This document shows positions 29,917 to 37,927 of a stretch of 59,352 nt of DNA, one piece after another. The stretch is from positions 1-59,352 of IMG/VR virus record IMGVR_UViG_3300043415_000084, one strand, 5' to 3'. The DNA comes from a virus. Its lineage: Duplodnaviria; Caudoviricetes. The notes under the pieces are model-generated. The model made no database searches, was not told the DNA's origin, and worked only from the letters and a program-made list of their open reading frames with translations. Positions within the stretch are counted from its first letter, which is position 1. The number at the start of each line of letters is the position of its first letter. The position numbers and the translations under genes are program-made.

Positions 29917-30435
29917 ATGTCTAATGAATTTATCATGAACTCGCTGCTGCACACGCACGAACAGAACCCCCTTCCCTGGAGCATACACCCGGGGAACGAT
30001 ATGGTGGTCATTGATGCTAACGGTGCAGCGGTGGCGAACTTCGAAGTGAAACACCAGTACAACGGCGTGCTCGGGAATTGCGAGAAGAACGCGGACCTTA
30101 CCGTGCGCTCGGTCAACGCTTTCGCTCGACGCGGCGGCGCGGACATTCGTCGGCTGCAGCAGGTGGTGACCACTTGGGCCGACGAGGTGTTCCCGAATCG
30201 CCGAACACCCGATATCCTTCTGAAGCTCTATGAAGAGGTGGGTGAGTACGCTCGGGATCCGAAGGCAGCGGCGGAATTCGCCGATATTATGATCCTTCTC
30301 CTCGATTTGGCGACGATGAACGGCATTGATATTCACAAGGCAGTAACCGAGAAGATGGCGATTAACGTTGGACGCACTTGGACCGTGGACTCTCAAACCC
30401 GTATTATGAGGCATACCCGAGATGAAAAACCGTAA
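29917..30435 (+). CDS. mazZ: MazZ-like (MazG/DUF550) dGTP/dATP pyrophosphatase with extra N-terminal domain
   Basis: W...VFP....ILLKLYEEVGE....EFADIMILLLD....KMAIN..RTW; immediately after purZ. Confidence 0.8.
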   Translation: MSNEFIMNSLLHTHEQNPLPWSIHPGNDMVVIDANGAAVANFEVKHQYNGVLGNCEKNADLTVRSVNAFARRGGADIRRLQQVVTTWADEVFPNRRTPDILLKLYEEVGEYARDPKAAAEFADIMILLLDLATMNGIDIHKAVTEKMAINVGRTWTVDSQTRIMRHTRDEKP

Positions 30436-30622
30436 TGAGGTATTCGATATCTGGTATTCTCGCCGATTTGGTGAGTTACTAGGAGAACAGGACTCGCACA
30501 CCAGGGAGTTCGTGCGAGAAATATGGAATCAGGCGCTGAGCCGTGCCGTGGACCACTTCGAGTTCGAGAATTTCGAACCCCTAGAGAGTGGGCAGATCAT
30601 AGACAGGCTCGAGCGTCTTTAA
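30422..30622 (+). CDS. Hypothetical protein within the Z cluster
   Basis: Overlaps mazZ end; fills the gap before datZ. Confidence 0.6.
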   Translation: MKNRNEVFDIWYSRRFGELLGEQDSHTREFVREIWNQALSRAVDHFEFENFEPLESGQIIDRLERL

Positions 30623-30640
30623 GCGATAAGGTAACTAAGG

Positions 30641-31189
30641 ATGGGTCTTTCTTTAGCCGAACAGCTCCGCGCTTCGCACGTCAAGCGGTGGCAGATCGTC
30701 AACGTCTCGCGCACCCAGAATCTAGCGGAGCATCATTTTAACGTTACCCTCATCGTCGGCCAACTGGCCCGACACTGCAGGGACAAGCAGTTGCTCGACC
30801 CTCAATACGCGTTGAGGCTGATGCACTGGTCGCTCTCGCACGACATGGTCGAGGTCCGCACCGGGGACACCCCGACGCCCTACAAGCGGGTGTTGAGACA
30901 GGTGGGAGGGCAGGACATTATCGACCAGTCCGAAGAGGTCGTGGACCCAGGGTACATTGCCGATAAGCGTCGGGTAGCTGGAACACCGATCGAAATGTAC
31001 GTGGAGATCGCGGACTTGATCGAGGCGATTTGGTTCCTGCATGACCACGGGATCGGGCAGAACGCACTCGATGTTCAATCGGGTCTTGAGGCGTCACTCG
31101 ACCGCTGTGTGCAGAAGTGGCACGGGACTTTCGAGGAATTGGATATTGACTTCGCGGTGCGCCGCGTGTGCGAGGAGATCGGGATATGA
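30641..31189 (+). CDS. datZ: DatZ-like HD-domain dATP phosphohydrolase
   Basis: HVKRW.IV....QNLAEH.F.V and HD..EVRTGDTPTP.K, ADLIEA motifs; in the purZ cluster. Confidence 0.85.
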   Translation: MGLSLAEQLRASHVKRWQIVNVSRTQNLAEHHFNVTLIVGQLARHCRDKQLLDPQYALRLMHWSLSHDMVEVRTGDTPTPYKRVLRQVGGQDIIDQSEEVVDPGYIADKRRVAGTPIEMYVEIADLIEAIWFLHDHGIGQNALDVQSGLEASLDRCVQKWHGTFEELDIDFAVRRVCEEIGI

Positions 31190-31386
31190 AATGTGTAAAG
31201 TGTGGCGGTAACACCCAGGTGACCACCGTGTACCAGAATGCGGACGGTGGAACGCGTCGTCGGAGGGAGTGCACGGTTTGCCATTTTCGATTCACCACGC
31301 GCGAGTACCCGTCGATCACGGATCCGAAGCTCAAAGAGTATTACTTGGAGACAGACGTTGACACAGATACCCCGCCCGTGGTATAA
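31186..31386 (+). CDS. NrdR-like zinc-ribbon protein (no ATP cone)
   Basis: MKCVKCG...TQV...RRRRECTVCHFRFTTRE. Confidence 0.75.
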   Translation: MKCVKCGGNTQVTTVYQNADGGTRRRRECTVCHFRFTTREYPSITDPKLKEYYLETDVDTDTPPVV

Positions 31387-31387
31387 T
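31358..31387 (+). promoter_or_regulatory. sigma70 promoter of the deacetylase operon
   Basis: TTGACA-18bp-(TGg)TATAAT; ATAGAGGA RBS at 31404. Confidence 0.75.
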
Positions 31388-31416
31388 TGAGATCTTAACA
31401 CATATAGAGGAACTTA

Positions 31417-32250
31417 ATGACCCCGATCTTTTACAATCTCCGTCAGTCCTGTGACTTCGACTTCCCGTCCTACCGCAAGATCCCGATGTTCGTGCGACAG
31501 GCCGCGCGACCGCTGCTCACCGATTTCGAACCGTTGAAGGACGTCGAACTCGTCACCGCACATTCGCTTAAATACGTAGCGAATGTATTCTCGGGCAAGA
31601 CCCCTAACGGATTCGGGAACACCGATCCGGCGCTCAATGAGACGTTGCGCTACACCAACGCGAGCTTCCTGGCCGCGACCCGACACGTAAGCGGAAAGAA
31701 GACGGAGGTCGCATGCTCAGCGACCCAGGGGTTCCATCACGCGGGGTTCGACTCCGGGGGTGGGTACTGCACGTTCAATGGTTTGATGATCGCGGCGTTA
31801 AGCTCCGGGGCCATAAAACCCGCCCTAATCTTCGACGGCGACGGTCACTATGGGGACGGAACAGATGATATAATCGGTGCGCTCGCCGTGCACGACCGGG
31901 TGCGGCATGTTACGAACATGGATATGGAATCGTTCGTTTCGCGTTATAAACCAAACGCTCATGAGTGGGAGGTGTGGGCCTCCGGCTTGATTTCGTCGTC
32001 GAAGCCTAGTATAATAATGTACCAAGCCGGTGCTGACGCATGGATCGAGGACCCTTACGGTGCGGGGTACCTGTCGCTCGAGGGTATGCGAAATCGAGAC
32101 CTCGGAATCTTTCGCGCAGCCAAGAAGTCCAAGATCCCCCTCGTGTGGAATCTCGCCGGTGGATACTGCAAGGATGTTCAGCGCACGGTAGACGTGCATA
32201 TTCAGACACTTAGAGCCAGCGACGAGGTGTATTATGGCGGGACCCGGTAA
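31417..32250 (+). CDS. Zn-dependent histone-deacetylase-family (HDAC/AcuC/APAH) amidohydrolase
   Basis: GFHHAG, GGYCTFN, DGDGHYGDGT, YQAGADAW..DP.G, LAGGY: complete catalytic and metal-ligand set. Confidence 0.9.
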   Translation: MTPIFYNLRQSCDFDFPSYRKIPMFVRQAARPLLTDFEPLKDVELVTAHSLKYVANVFSGKTPNGFGNTDPALNETLRYTNASFLAATRHVSGKKTEVACSATQGFHHAGFDSGGGYCTFNGLMIAALSSGAIKPALIFDGDGHYGDGTDDIIGALAVHDRVRHVTNMDMESFVSRYKPNAHEWEVWASGLISSSKPSIIMYQAGADAWIEDPYGAGYLSLEGMRNRDLGIFRAAKKSKIPLVWNLAGGYCKDVQRTVDVHIQTLRASDEVYYGGTR

Positions 32251-33421
32251 AGCACTCACATTTTTGGACCTGATGGGCCAAGTCGGAGCGGGAACCCGCG
32301 CGATCGCAAACCTCCCGGGGGCGAAGCGCATTCCGGAGTCGTTCGCCAAAGCGCAAAGAGGGATGACTCCAGCCGAGGTTATCGAGCAATACAATAAGGC
32401 GCAGATGTTCGGGAAAGATCCGACCACGGGTGAGGTCAGGCAATTGCAGCAGACTCCGAGGCTTCCGGACCCCTTCAATTCGCTATCGGTCAGTGATCGG
32501 GCGCGGATGGTGCAGGGGAAACTCCCACTCGAGCGCGGGGTAAAACAGAGGGTTATAAACCCTTCGAGTCCTTACACGACGTTGTCGGAATTCAGCTTGT
32601 ATCCGGATCAAGATTTGGTCTTCAGCAGCGCGACTCCCGAGGAGCTTTATCACCGGATGTACAATCGTGCCGAGGATGCACAAGCCAGAAGGCCTGTGCC
32701 GGACGAAGTCGGTGTGTACAATATTGGTGCGCTTGATGCGGGTGAAGGGTTGGGCGCTATGCAATACGCGGCGCTTTATGACCAGCTCCGTGCCGCAGGT
32801 GCTTTTTCGGGTCCTAATGCGCTCACCGACATTAATGAGTTACGTAGACTCGGTAATGTAATGTCCTACGGTTTGCGACATGGTGACTACGAGAACGTTG
32901 CACCGGTTATAAGCATGATGAATCGGTCCTCGCAGCTTTTCAATCGTGCGGAGAATGCGGATTGGATGGCTCGTCCGATGATGGAGGTCCTGCAGCAGGG
33001 ACGGGGTGACCCACTTTTCGAGCAAGCAGTAGCGCTTCGGCCTCAGCACATGACGCAAATGACCCCGGACCAAATCACCGGCACGCTGGGTTTTAAGGAA
33101 TCACAACTCGCTCGAATCGCCGGACCGGTACGCGAACCCGTGATGCTTGAGCCTGGGGATCCAGGACTGCTTCGTCACCTCGCGATTCCGGCGCTCACCG
33201 ATCCCAATGCTTTCGGGATGCAAAGGGGCATTGGCCCCAACACTTTGGGTCGTGCAGCGACGGTGGAACAGTTGATCGAGAAGATCCTCGCGGGTCGTAC
33301 CGGCGAGGAAGCGGCGGAGGAGATTCTTAATCAGTCCAAGCGTCGCGGGATGAACCTGGAGGAAGGGTACAAAGGTCGTTATAAACAAGGAGGGTTAGCA
33401 CGTGCAGCAATCATCGACTGA
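32234..33421 (+). CDS. Unknown protein with possible GNAT-like motif and C-terminal YKQGG tag
   Basis: Overlaps the deacetylase (GAGGTG RBS); VYNIGALDAGEGLGAMQYAALYDQLRAAG segment; ends RYKQGGLARAAIID. Confidence 0.55.
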   Translation: MAGPGKALTFLDLMGQVGAGTRAIANLPGAKRIPESFAKAQRGMTPAEVIEQYNKAQMFGKDPTTGEVRQLQQTPRLPDPFNSLSVSDRARMVQGKLPLERGVKQRVINPSSPYTTLSEFSLYPDQDLVFSSATPEELYHRMYNRAEDAQARRPVPDEVGVYNIGALDAGEGLGAMQYAALYDQLRAAGAFSGPNALTDINELRRLGNVMSYGLRHGDYENVAPVISMMNRSSQLFNRAENADWMARPMMEVLQQGRGDPLFEQAVALRPQHMTQMTPDQITGTLGFKESQLARIAGPVREPVMLEPGDPGLLRHLAIPALTDPNAFGMQRGIGPNTLGRAATVEQLIEKILAGRTGEEAAEEILNQSKRRGMNLEEGYKGRYKQGGLARAAIID

Positions 33422-33674
33422 TTTGAAGGCAATACTTGAACAACGCGGGTCGGAATACGGGGATTTCACGGAACAAGCGAAGATCTCCCAGGCCTTGCAG
33501 GAAGTAGCGAAGGCGGGGCGCAGTTACGTCACGATGGACACGTTCCAGAAGGAGGCGCTTTTTATGATTTTACACAAAATCTCGAGGATCGTTAATGGAA
33601 ACTCTCGGAACGTTGACTCATGGGCGGATATCGCCGGATATGCCACACTCGTTGCAGACCGACTACAAAAGTGA
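33402..33674 (+). CDS. DUF6378-like small protein
   Basis: L.QRG..YG.F...MILHKISRI.NG....DSWADIAGYATLV signature. Confidence 0.7.
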   Translation: MQQSSTDLKAILEQRGSEYGDFTEQAKISQALQEVAKAGRSYVTMDTFQKEALFMILHKISRIVNGNSRNVDSWADIAGYATLVADRLQK

Positions 33675-33681
33675 AGGGGTA

Positions 33682-33710
33682 TTGACAGATTGTAGCACCC
33701 GTGTTATAAT
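33682..33710 (+). promoter_or_regulatory. Consensus sigma70 promoter
   Basis: TTGACA-17bp-TATAAT with TG extension; ATAGAGGA at 33733. Confidence 0.85.
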
Positions 33711-33745
33711 AGAGTCTCCAGTAAACAAACCGATAGAGGACAAAA

Positions 33746-34030
33746 ATGGCAAAGAAAGCACCAGTAATCACCGAGCAGATGGTCGACGAGTTAGCACAAG
33801 TCCGCCAGCAGCTTGCCGAGCTTGTGGCGCGGGAGAAAGCGCTGAAGGAGACCTTTCGCGAGGCGGGTGCAGCCGTCTACAGGGGCCAGCAGTTTCAGGT
33901 CGAAATTACGTTCTCATCCCAGAGTCGATTAGACTCGCAAGCGGTGAAGGATGCCCTTGGGCCGAAGTGGATTGCCGAGCACCAGAAAGCGGTGGAGCAG
34001 ATGAATATCCGATCGATGGTCCTGGTGTGA
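33746..34030 (+). CDS. Hypothetical coiled-coil protein
   Basis: Promoter-proximal with strong RBS. Confidence 0.7.
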   Translation: MAKKAPVITEQMVDELAQVRQQLAELVAREKALKETFREAGAAVYRGQQFQVEITFSSQSRLDSQAVKDALGPKWIAEHQKAVEQMNIRSMVLV

Positions 34031-34266
34031 TGAAGCCCCGATACGTGACTACGCGTAAAGGGGTCCGGATCGGGTACACATACGTGCCCCGTCCGGTTTA
34101 CGATCAAAGCGGCGACATGGACCGGCTGCAAACCGCACTGCTGCACCGACGTGGAAGTGCCTGGGCGGGAGCAAGAGATCTGCTCGCCTACACGATCGGG
34201 ATGGCTGCACTTCTCTCACTTCTTTGGGCCAAGGAGCTTTACGAATGGGTAGGCAGTCTAATCTAG
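34030..34266 (+). CDS. Hypothetical protein with C-terminal TM (MKPRYVTTRKGVRIG...)
   Basis: TGATG coupling; 3' part of track ORF 33595-34266. Confidence 0.6.
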   Translation: MKPRYVTTRKGVRIGYTYVPRPVYDQSGDMDRLQTALLHRRGSAWAGARDLLAYTIGMAALLSLLWAKELYEWVGSLI

Positions 34267-34595
34267 CCGATCAGCTGCAGCAGGCCATTGAGTATTTCCG
34301 ACGATTTGGACCCTGCCCCTCGGGCGATATGCAGAACGAGATCGGAATCACCAAGCGCGAAGCCGAGCGGGTGATCCGGTTGCTCAAGAATCACGGCGAT
34401 ATCGTGGAGCTAGCATTCTTTCGCAATCGCCCCTGGTATGTGCTTAAACACGACGTCGAGCGACACCAGGATTGGCTCGATCGGAAGCGTCGAGGAATGG
34501 GGGACCTGGGGATCTCGGTCCGCGCGAGAGACCGGATGCTAAGGGATTCAATGAAGCTGATCGACGAATCGATGCGCACGTGGTGGGAGGGGTGA
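34245..34595 (+). CDS. Possible winged-helix DNA-binding protein
   Basis: AAGGAG RBS; GP..SGDMQNEIGITKREAERVIRLL..G.I HTH-like pattern. Confidence 0.45.
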   Translation: MGRQSNLADQLQQAIEYFRRFGPCPSGDMQNEIGITKREAERVIRLLKNHGDIVELAFFRNRPWYVLKHDVERHQDWLDRKRRGMGDLGISVRARDRMLRDSMKLIDESMRTWWEG

Positions 34596-34599
34596 ACGG

Positions 34600-34794
34600 A
34601 TGCTTTGCCCTTTTTGCCACGACGACCGGACAGGCCACGCCGGTTCCACCCGTGTTGCGGATTCCCGGCATTATTGGGACGCGAATGCTCGGCGCTACTT
34701 CACCGAGCGACGTCGCGTGTGCAAGGTGTGCGACGCAGTATTCCATACCGTCGAGCGATCACCGACGGTGAAACCCAAGGAGAAGAACACATGA
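34600..34794 (+). CDS. Second NrdR-like zinc-ribbon protein
   Basis: MLCPFC...TRVADSR...ERRRVCKVC..VFHTVE. Confidence 0.7.
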   Translation: MLCPFCHDDRTGHAGSTRVADSRHYWDANARRYFTERRRVCKVCDAVFHTVERSPTVKPKEKNT

Positions 34795-35177
34795 GCAGAG
34801 AAGCTATGCAGTTGGCGCTTGAGGCGCTGGAGTTATATCAAAGCAGGATGAGCGTTCAAAGGTTTGACGAAGCCGTCAAAGCTCTACGCCAAGCACTGGA
34901 GACAGAGCAAGAGCCAGTGGCGTGGCGCTACAAATACCCGGATGGGGTCTGGCGATTCAGCAACGGCGAGCGAGTGAACGGCAGCGATCCGATTAAGAGC
35001 CAACCCCTCTACACCGCACCACCAAAGAAGCAATGGGTTGGGCTGACGGATGAGGAACGCCATAGCATTCGGGAATGGCAGGAGATTCAAAAAGAGCTTG
35101 GGCCAGTGTGGGCACCGATGATGCTGTATCTGTACCTCGCCATTGAAGCCAAGTTGAAGGAGAAAAACCATGGCTGA
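34791..35177 (+). CDS. Hypothetical accessory protein (EPVAW..PLYTAPP..WVGLTDEE family)
   Basis: RBS inside the junction repeat; shares modules with neighbours. Confidence 0.7.
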   Translation: MSREAMQLALEALELYQSRMSVQRFDEAVKALRQALETEQEPVAWRYKYPDGVWRFSNGERVNGSDPIKSQPLYTAPPKKQWVGLTDEERHSIREWQEIQKELGPVWAPMMLYLYLAIEAKLKEKNHG

Positions 35178-35490
35178 AAACAAGAATGCGAAGACACCAA
35201 CAGATAGCGGGGTAGGTTTTATCGACGGTGTTTGGTATGGGCCAGGGCCTACGGCGTGGCAGTGTCAATGCGGCAAACCCTATACGGTTACTTGCATTTC
35301 AAGCAAACCACCAAAGAAGCAATGGGTTGGGCTGACGGATGAGGAGATTGAAACATGCACGATCAAAGCGGAGCGTGACTACCACAGATATAGGAGTTCG
35401 CTCGGCGGGCAGATGTTAGATCAGAGAGACGACTTAGACTGGTGGGTATCACGAGCCATTGAAGCCAAGCTAAAGGAGAAGAACACATGA
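35170..35490 (+). CDS. Hypothetical accessory protein (WVGLTDEE..AIEAKLKEKN)
   Basis: Shares DNA-level modules with 34791-35177. Confidence 0.7.
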   Translation: MAENKNAKTPTDSGVGFIDGVWYGPGPTAWQCQCGKPYTVTCISSKPPKKQWVGLTDEEIETCTIKAERDYHRYRSSLGGQMLDQRDDLDWWVSRAIEAKLKEKNT

Positions 35491-35726
35491 ACGAACGAAT
35501 TCGAGAACTTGCAAAGGCATATCTGGTGCATGAACGATTTACCCAATATGGTGAGATTGTAGAGGAAGACCTATATGAATTCTATCCAGATGAATTAGAA
35601 AAGTTCGCCGAGTTGATTGTTCGGGAATGTATTGACATTGTAAGCCCTTATGCCGTTAGGATGGAAAACTTTGATGGTGGACATCCTATCGCAGATTTGA
35701 AGAAACACTTCGGAATTGAAGTATAA
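35487..35726 (+). CDS. Hypothetical accessory protein (MNERIRELA..EKFAELIVREC..HFG)
   Basis: ATGA coupling with junction-repeat RBS. Confidence 0.7.
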   Translation: MNERIRELAKAYLVHERFTQYGEIVEEDLYEFYPDELEKFAELIVRECIDIVSPYAVRMENFDGGHPIADLKKHFGIEV

Positions 35727-35739
35727 AGGAGAAGAACAC

Positions 35740-36006
35740 ATGACCTACGAGACGACACCCAAGCAAGATCAAGCGATCCGGGAGTGGTTACAAGCGTCCA
35801 TAGTTCCTTTGATTGAGCAGGTGCTGGTGAAAAAACTCGGACAAGCCATGTCGTTCGCGGCTCAGGAATTGGGGAAGCCTGAACGTGAATGGCGGGGGCT
35901 GACGGATGCGGAGATACACGATATGAGCGGGTACGAGGAAGATCGGAAAATGTACCGATTTGCCCGAGACGTTGAAGCCAAGCTCAGGGAACGTAATCAT
36001 GGATAA
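35740..36006 (+). CDS. Hypothetical accessory protein (WRGLTDAEI..VEAKLRERN)
   Basis: Junction-repeat RBS. Confidence 0.7.
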   Translation: MTYETTPKQDQAIREWLQASIVPLIEQVLVKKLGQAMSFAAQELGKPEREWRGLTDAEIHDMSGYEEDRKMYRFARDVEAKLRERNHG

Positions 36007-36238
36007 AAGCATTTGGACGCGTAGACACGAGATCGACAAAGCACGGCACGACAAGATGAAGGAGCTTATGGACGAGTACGACCGAACCGTGTACTATCCG
36101 GCGAGAAAGCAATTGGTCGAAGACTGCGAAAAAGAGGGTCACACCCAGGGGAAGTTCCACGACAACGGGCTCGGCTGGACGTGGTGGTGGTGTGGTAAGT
36201 GCGGAACATCTTTTAACAAGCTGAATAGTCATGCGTGA
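35999..36238 (+). CDS. Hypothetical small Zn-finger-like protein
   Basis: C...GH...WWWCGKCG. Confidence 0.6.
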   Translation: MDKSIWTRRHEIDKARHDKMKELMDEYDRTVYYPARKQLVEDCEKEGHTQGKFHDNGLGWTWWWCGKCGTSFNKLNSHA

Positions 36239-36368
36239 ATTCGATATGTGGTTTCGGTTATGCGCCCTCCTCGGTTGCGGTATTTGCACCGGAGTGAGCA
36301 CCGGCGATTTTTTCACCACGACGGCCGTGATCCTGGCGCTGATTTTTCTCGAGCCTTACAAGTATTGA
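36231..36368 (+). CDS. Small hydrophobic protein (45 aa)
   Basis: Read manually; MREFDMWFRLCALLGCG..TTAVILALIFLEPYKY; overlaps upstream gene. Confidence 0.45.
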   Translation: MREFDMWFRLCALLGCGICTGVSTGDFFTTTAVILALIFLEPYKY

Positions 36369-36396
36369 TCGTCCGACGAACGGTAGCTTTAGCCCA

Positions 36397-36425
36397 TTGA
36401 CGAATTGTCCCACTGGTGTTATAAT
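36397..36425 (+). promoter_or_regulatory. sigma70 promoter with upstream TCCGACGAACGGTAG box
   Basis: TTGACG-17bp-(TGt)TATAAT; ATAGAGGA at 36444. Confidence 0.8.
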
Positions 36426-36459
36426 AGAGGTTCATCAATCACAATAGAGGACAGTAGAA

Positions 36460-37434
36460 ATGGCACACGAACTCGATTTTTCAAATGGTCGCGCGAACAT
36501 GGCCTACGCCGGTCGCACCCCCTGGCACGGACTCGGGCGGGAGCTGGACGCGAATGCGACGCTCGACACCTGGATCGAGCAAGCGGGGTTTAACTGGGAA
36601 GTCAAGAAGGGCGCGATCCAGTACGAGGTGCGCGACGAGGAGAATCACCCAGTCTGCGTGAACACGGTCCCTAACCGCTGGGCGCTTTACCGCTCGGACA
36701 CCGGCAAACCGCTTTCGGTCATGTCCTCGAATTACAACATCACCCAGCCGCGCGACGTTATGGAGTTCTTCCGGAACCTGATCGAAATCGGCGGGTTCAA
36801 GATGGAGACCGCCGGGATGCTGCGCGGTGGTGCCACCTATTGGGCGCTGGCTCGGATCGACGATTCGTTCGATGTCGGTGGCGGCGACACGATCCGCCCC
36901 TACGTCCAGGTCGCGACCTCGTGCGATGGAACACTAGCGAACGTTGCGCAGTTCACCTCGGTGCGGACCGTATGCCAGAACACGCTGAATGATGCGCTCC
37001 GCGAGTCCCAGGGCCAAGTCCGTATTCCGCATTCGACGAAGTTCAACGCCGAACGCGTCAAGGCTGACCTCGGGCTGATCGGCGGGACCTGGGAACGGTT
37101 CAAGAAGGACGCGACCGAGCTTTCGAAGCGGACGGTGTCGAAGGAGGAAGCGACCAAGTATTTCCTCGACGTGCTCTACCCGGACCAGGAAGAGGTCGAC
37201 CTCGACGCCCATCGTCCGATGCTCGAACTCGTGACTTCGATCTACCTGAACGGCATTGGCCAGAGCACCAAGACCGCGCAGGGTACCGCCTGGGGGCTGG
37301 TCAACGCGATCACCCGGTTCACGGACCATGAGCGTAAAGCCACCAGCGCAGATACCCGGCTGCAGTCCGCTTGGTTTGGTGCGGGTGCCCGGATGAAAAA
37401 GAACGCATTGACAACGGCACTCGCTCTGTTATAA
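36460..37434 (+). CDS. DUF932 / LGT_TIGR03299-family phage protein
   Basis: MAHE....MAYAG.TPWHGLG, METAG.L.GG..WALA, TS.DG...TSVR.VC.NTL, GTAWGL.NA.T...DH, SAWFG.G. Confidence 0.88.
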   Translation: MAHELDFSNGRANMAYAGRTPWHGLGRELDANATLDTWIEQAGFNWEVKKGAIQYEVRDEENHPVCVNTVPNRWALYRSDTGKPLSVMSSNYNITQPRDVMEFFRNLIEIGGFKMETAGMLRGGATYWALARIDDSFDVGGGDTIRPYVQVATSCDGTLANVAQFTSVRTVCQNTLNDALRESQGQVRIPHSTKFNAERVKADLGLIGGTWERFKKDATELSKRTVSKEEATKYFLDVLYPDQEEVDLDAHRPMLELVTSIYLNGIGQSTKTAQGTAWGLVNAITRFTDHERKATSADTRLQSAWFGAGARMKKNALTTALALL

Positions 37435-37435
37435 T
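37408..37435 (+). promoter_or_regulatory. sigma70 promoter overlapping the end of the DUF932 gene
   Basis: TTGACA-16bp-(TGt)TATAAT. Confidence 0.65.
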
Positions 37436-37440
37436 GACCG

Positions 37441-37525
37441 GTGCGGATCGCCTTCCCCAATCCGCTTCTCCTGTTGTAAGGGTTAACGACGTTTCGGGGG
37501 GTCACGCAATGGGCCCCCCATTTTT
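37441..37525 (+). ncRNA. Candidate small RNA or structured leader
   Basis: Promoter, hairpin GCGGAT/ATCCGC with a C/U-rich loop, then G6/C6 hairpin plus T-tract; no obvious ORF. Confidence 0.4.
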
Positions 37526-37552
37526 CACACACAAATAGAGGACTTTTCACCC

Positions 37553-37927
37553 ATGGTACGCAAAAAAGGCAAACTCACCACCCCCGAGATCGACGAGCAT
37601 GAAGCGCTCACCTTTCACCCGCTCGACCCGAAGAAGGTGTTCGAGGAGCCCGAGCCCACCCCGGAGCCTGAACCCCCGTCCGAACCCGAAAAGACCCGGT
37701 ACACACGCGATGAAGCGATTCACACGATCGCCTCCTACGAATGTGAATCTTCGACCCATTCGCAGGTGTACGAAATGCTCACCGGGGCGATTTTGCCGCT
37801 GCCCTTCAAGACCAACGCGGTACTGGCCAAAATCCTCGCCGACTGGCTCGGGTTGGAGGAGGTCGAAGTGTACTCGACCAACGATTGTGTGAAACGCTGG
37901 TACGTTTCCGCCGAGTCCCGGGTGTGA
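37553..37927 (+). CDS. Hypothetical protein
   Basis: ATAGAGGA RBS at 37535; PEP-rich linker. Confidence 0.65.
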   Translation: MVRKKGKLTTPEIDEHEALTFHPLDPKKVFEEPEPTPEPEPPSEPEKTRYTRDEAIHTIASYECESSTHSQVYEMLTGAILPLPFKTNAVLAKILADWLGLEEVEVYSTNDCVKRWYVSAESRV

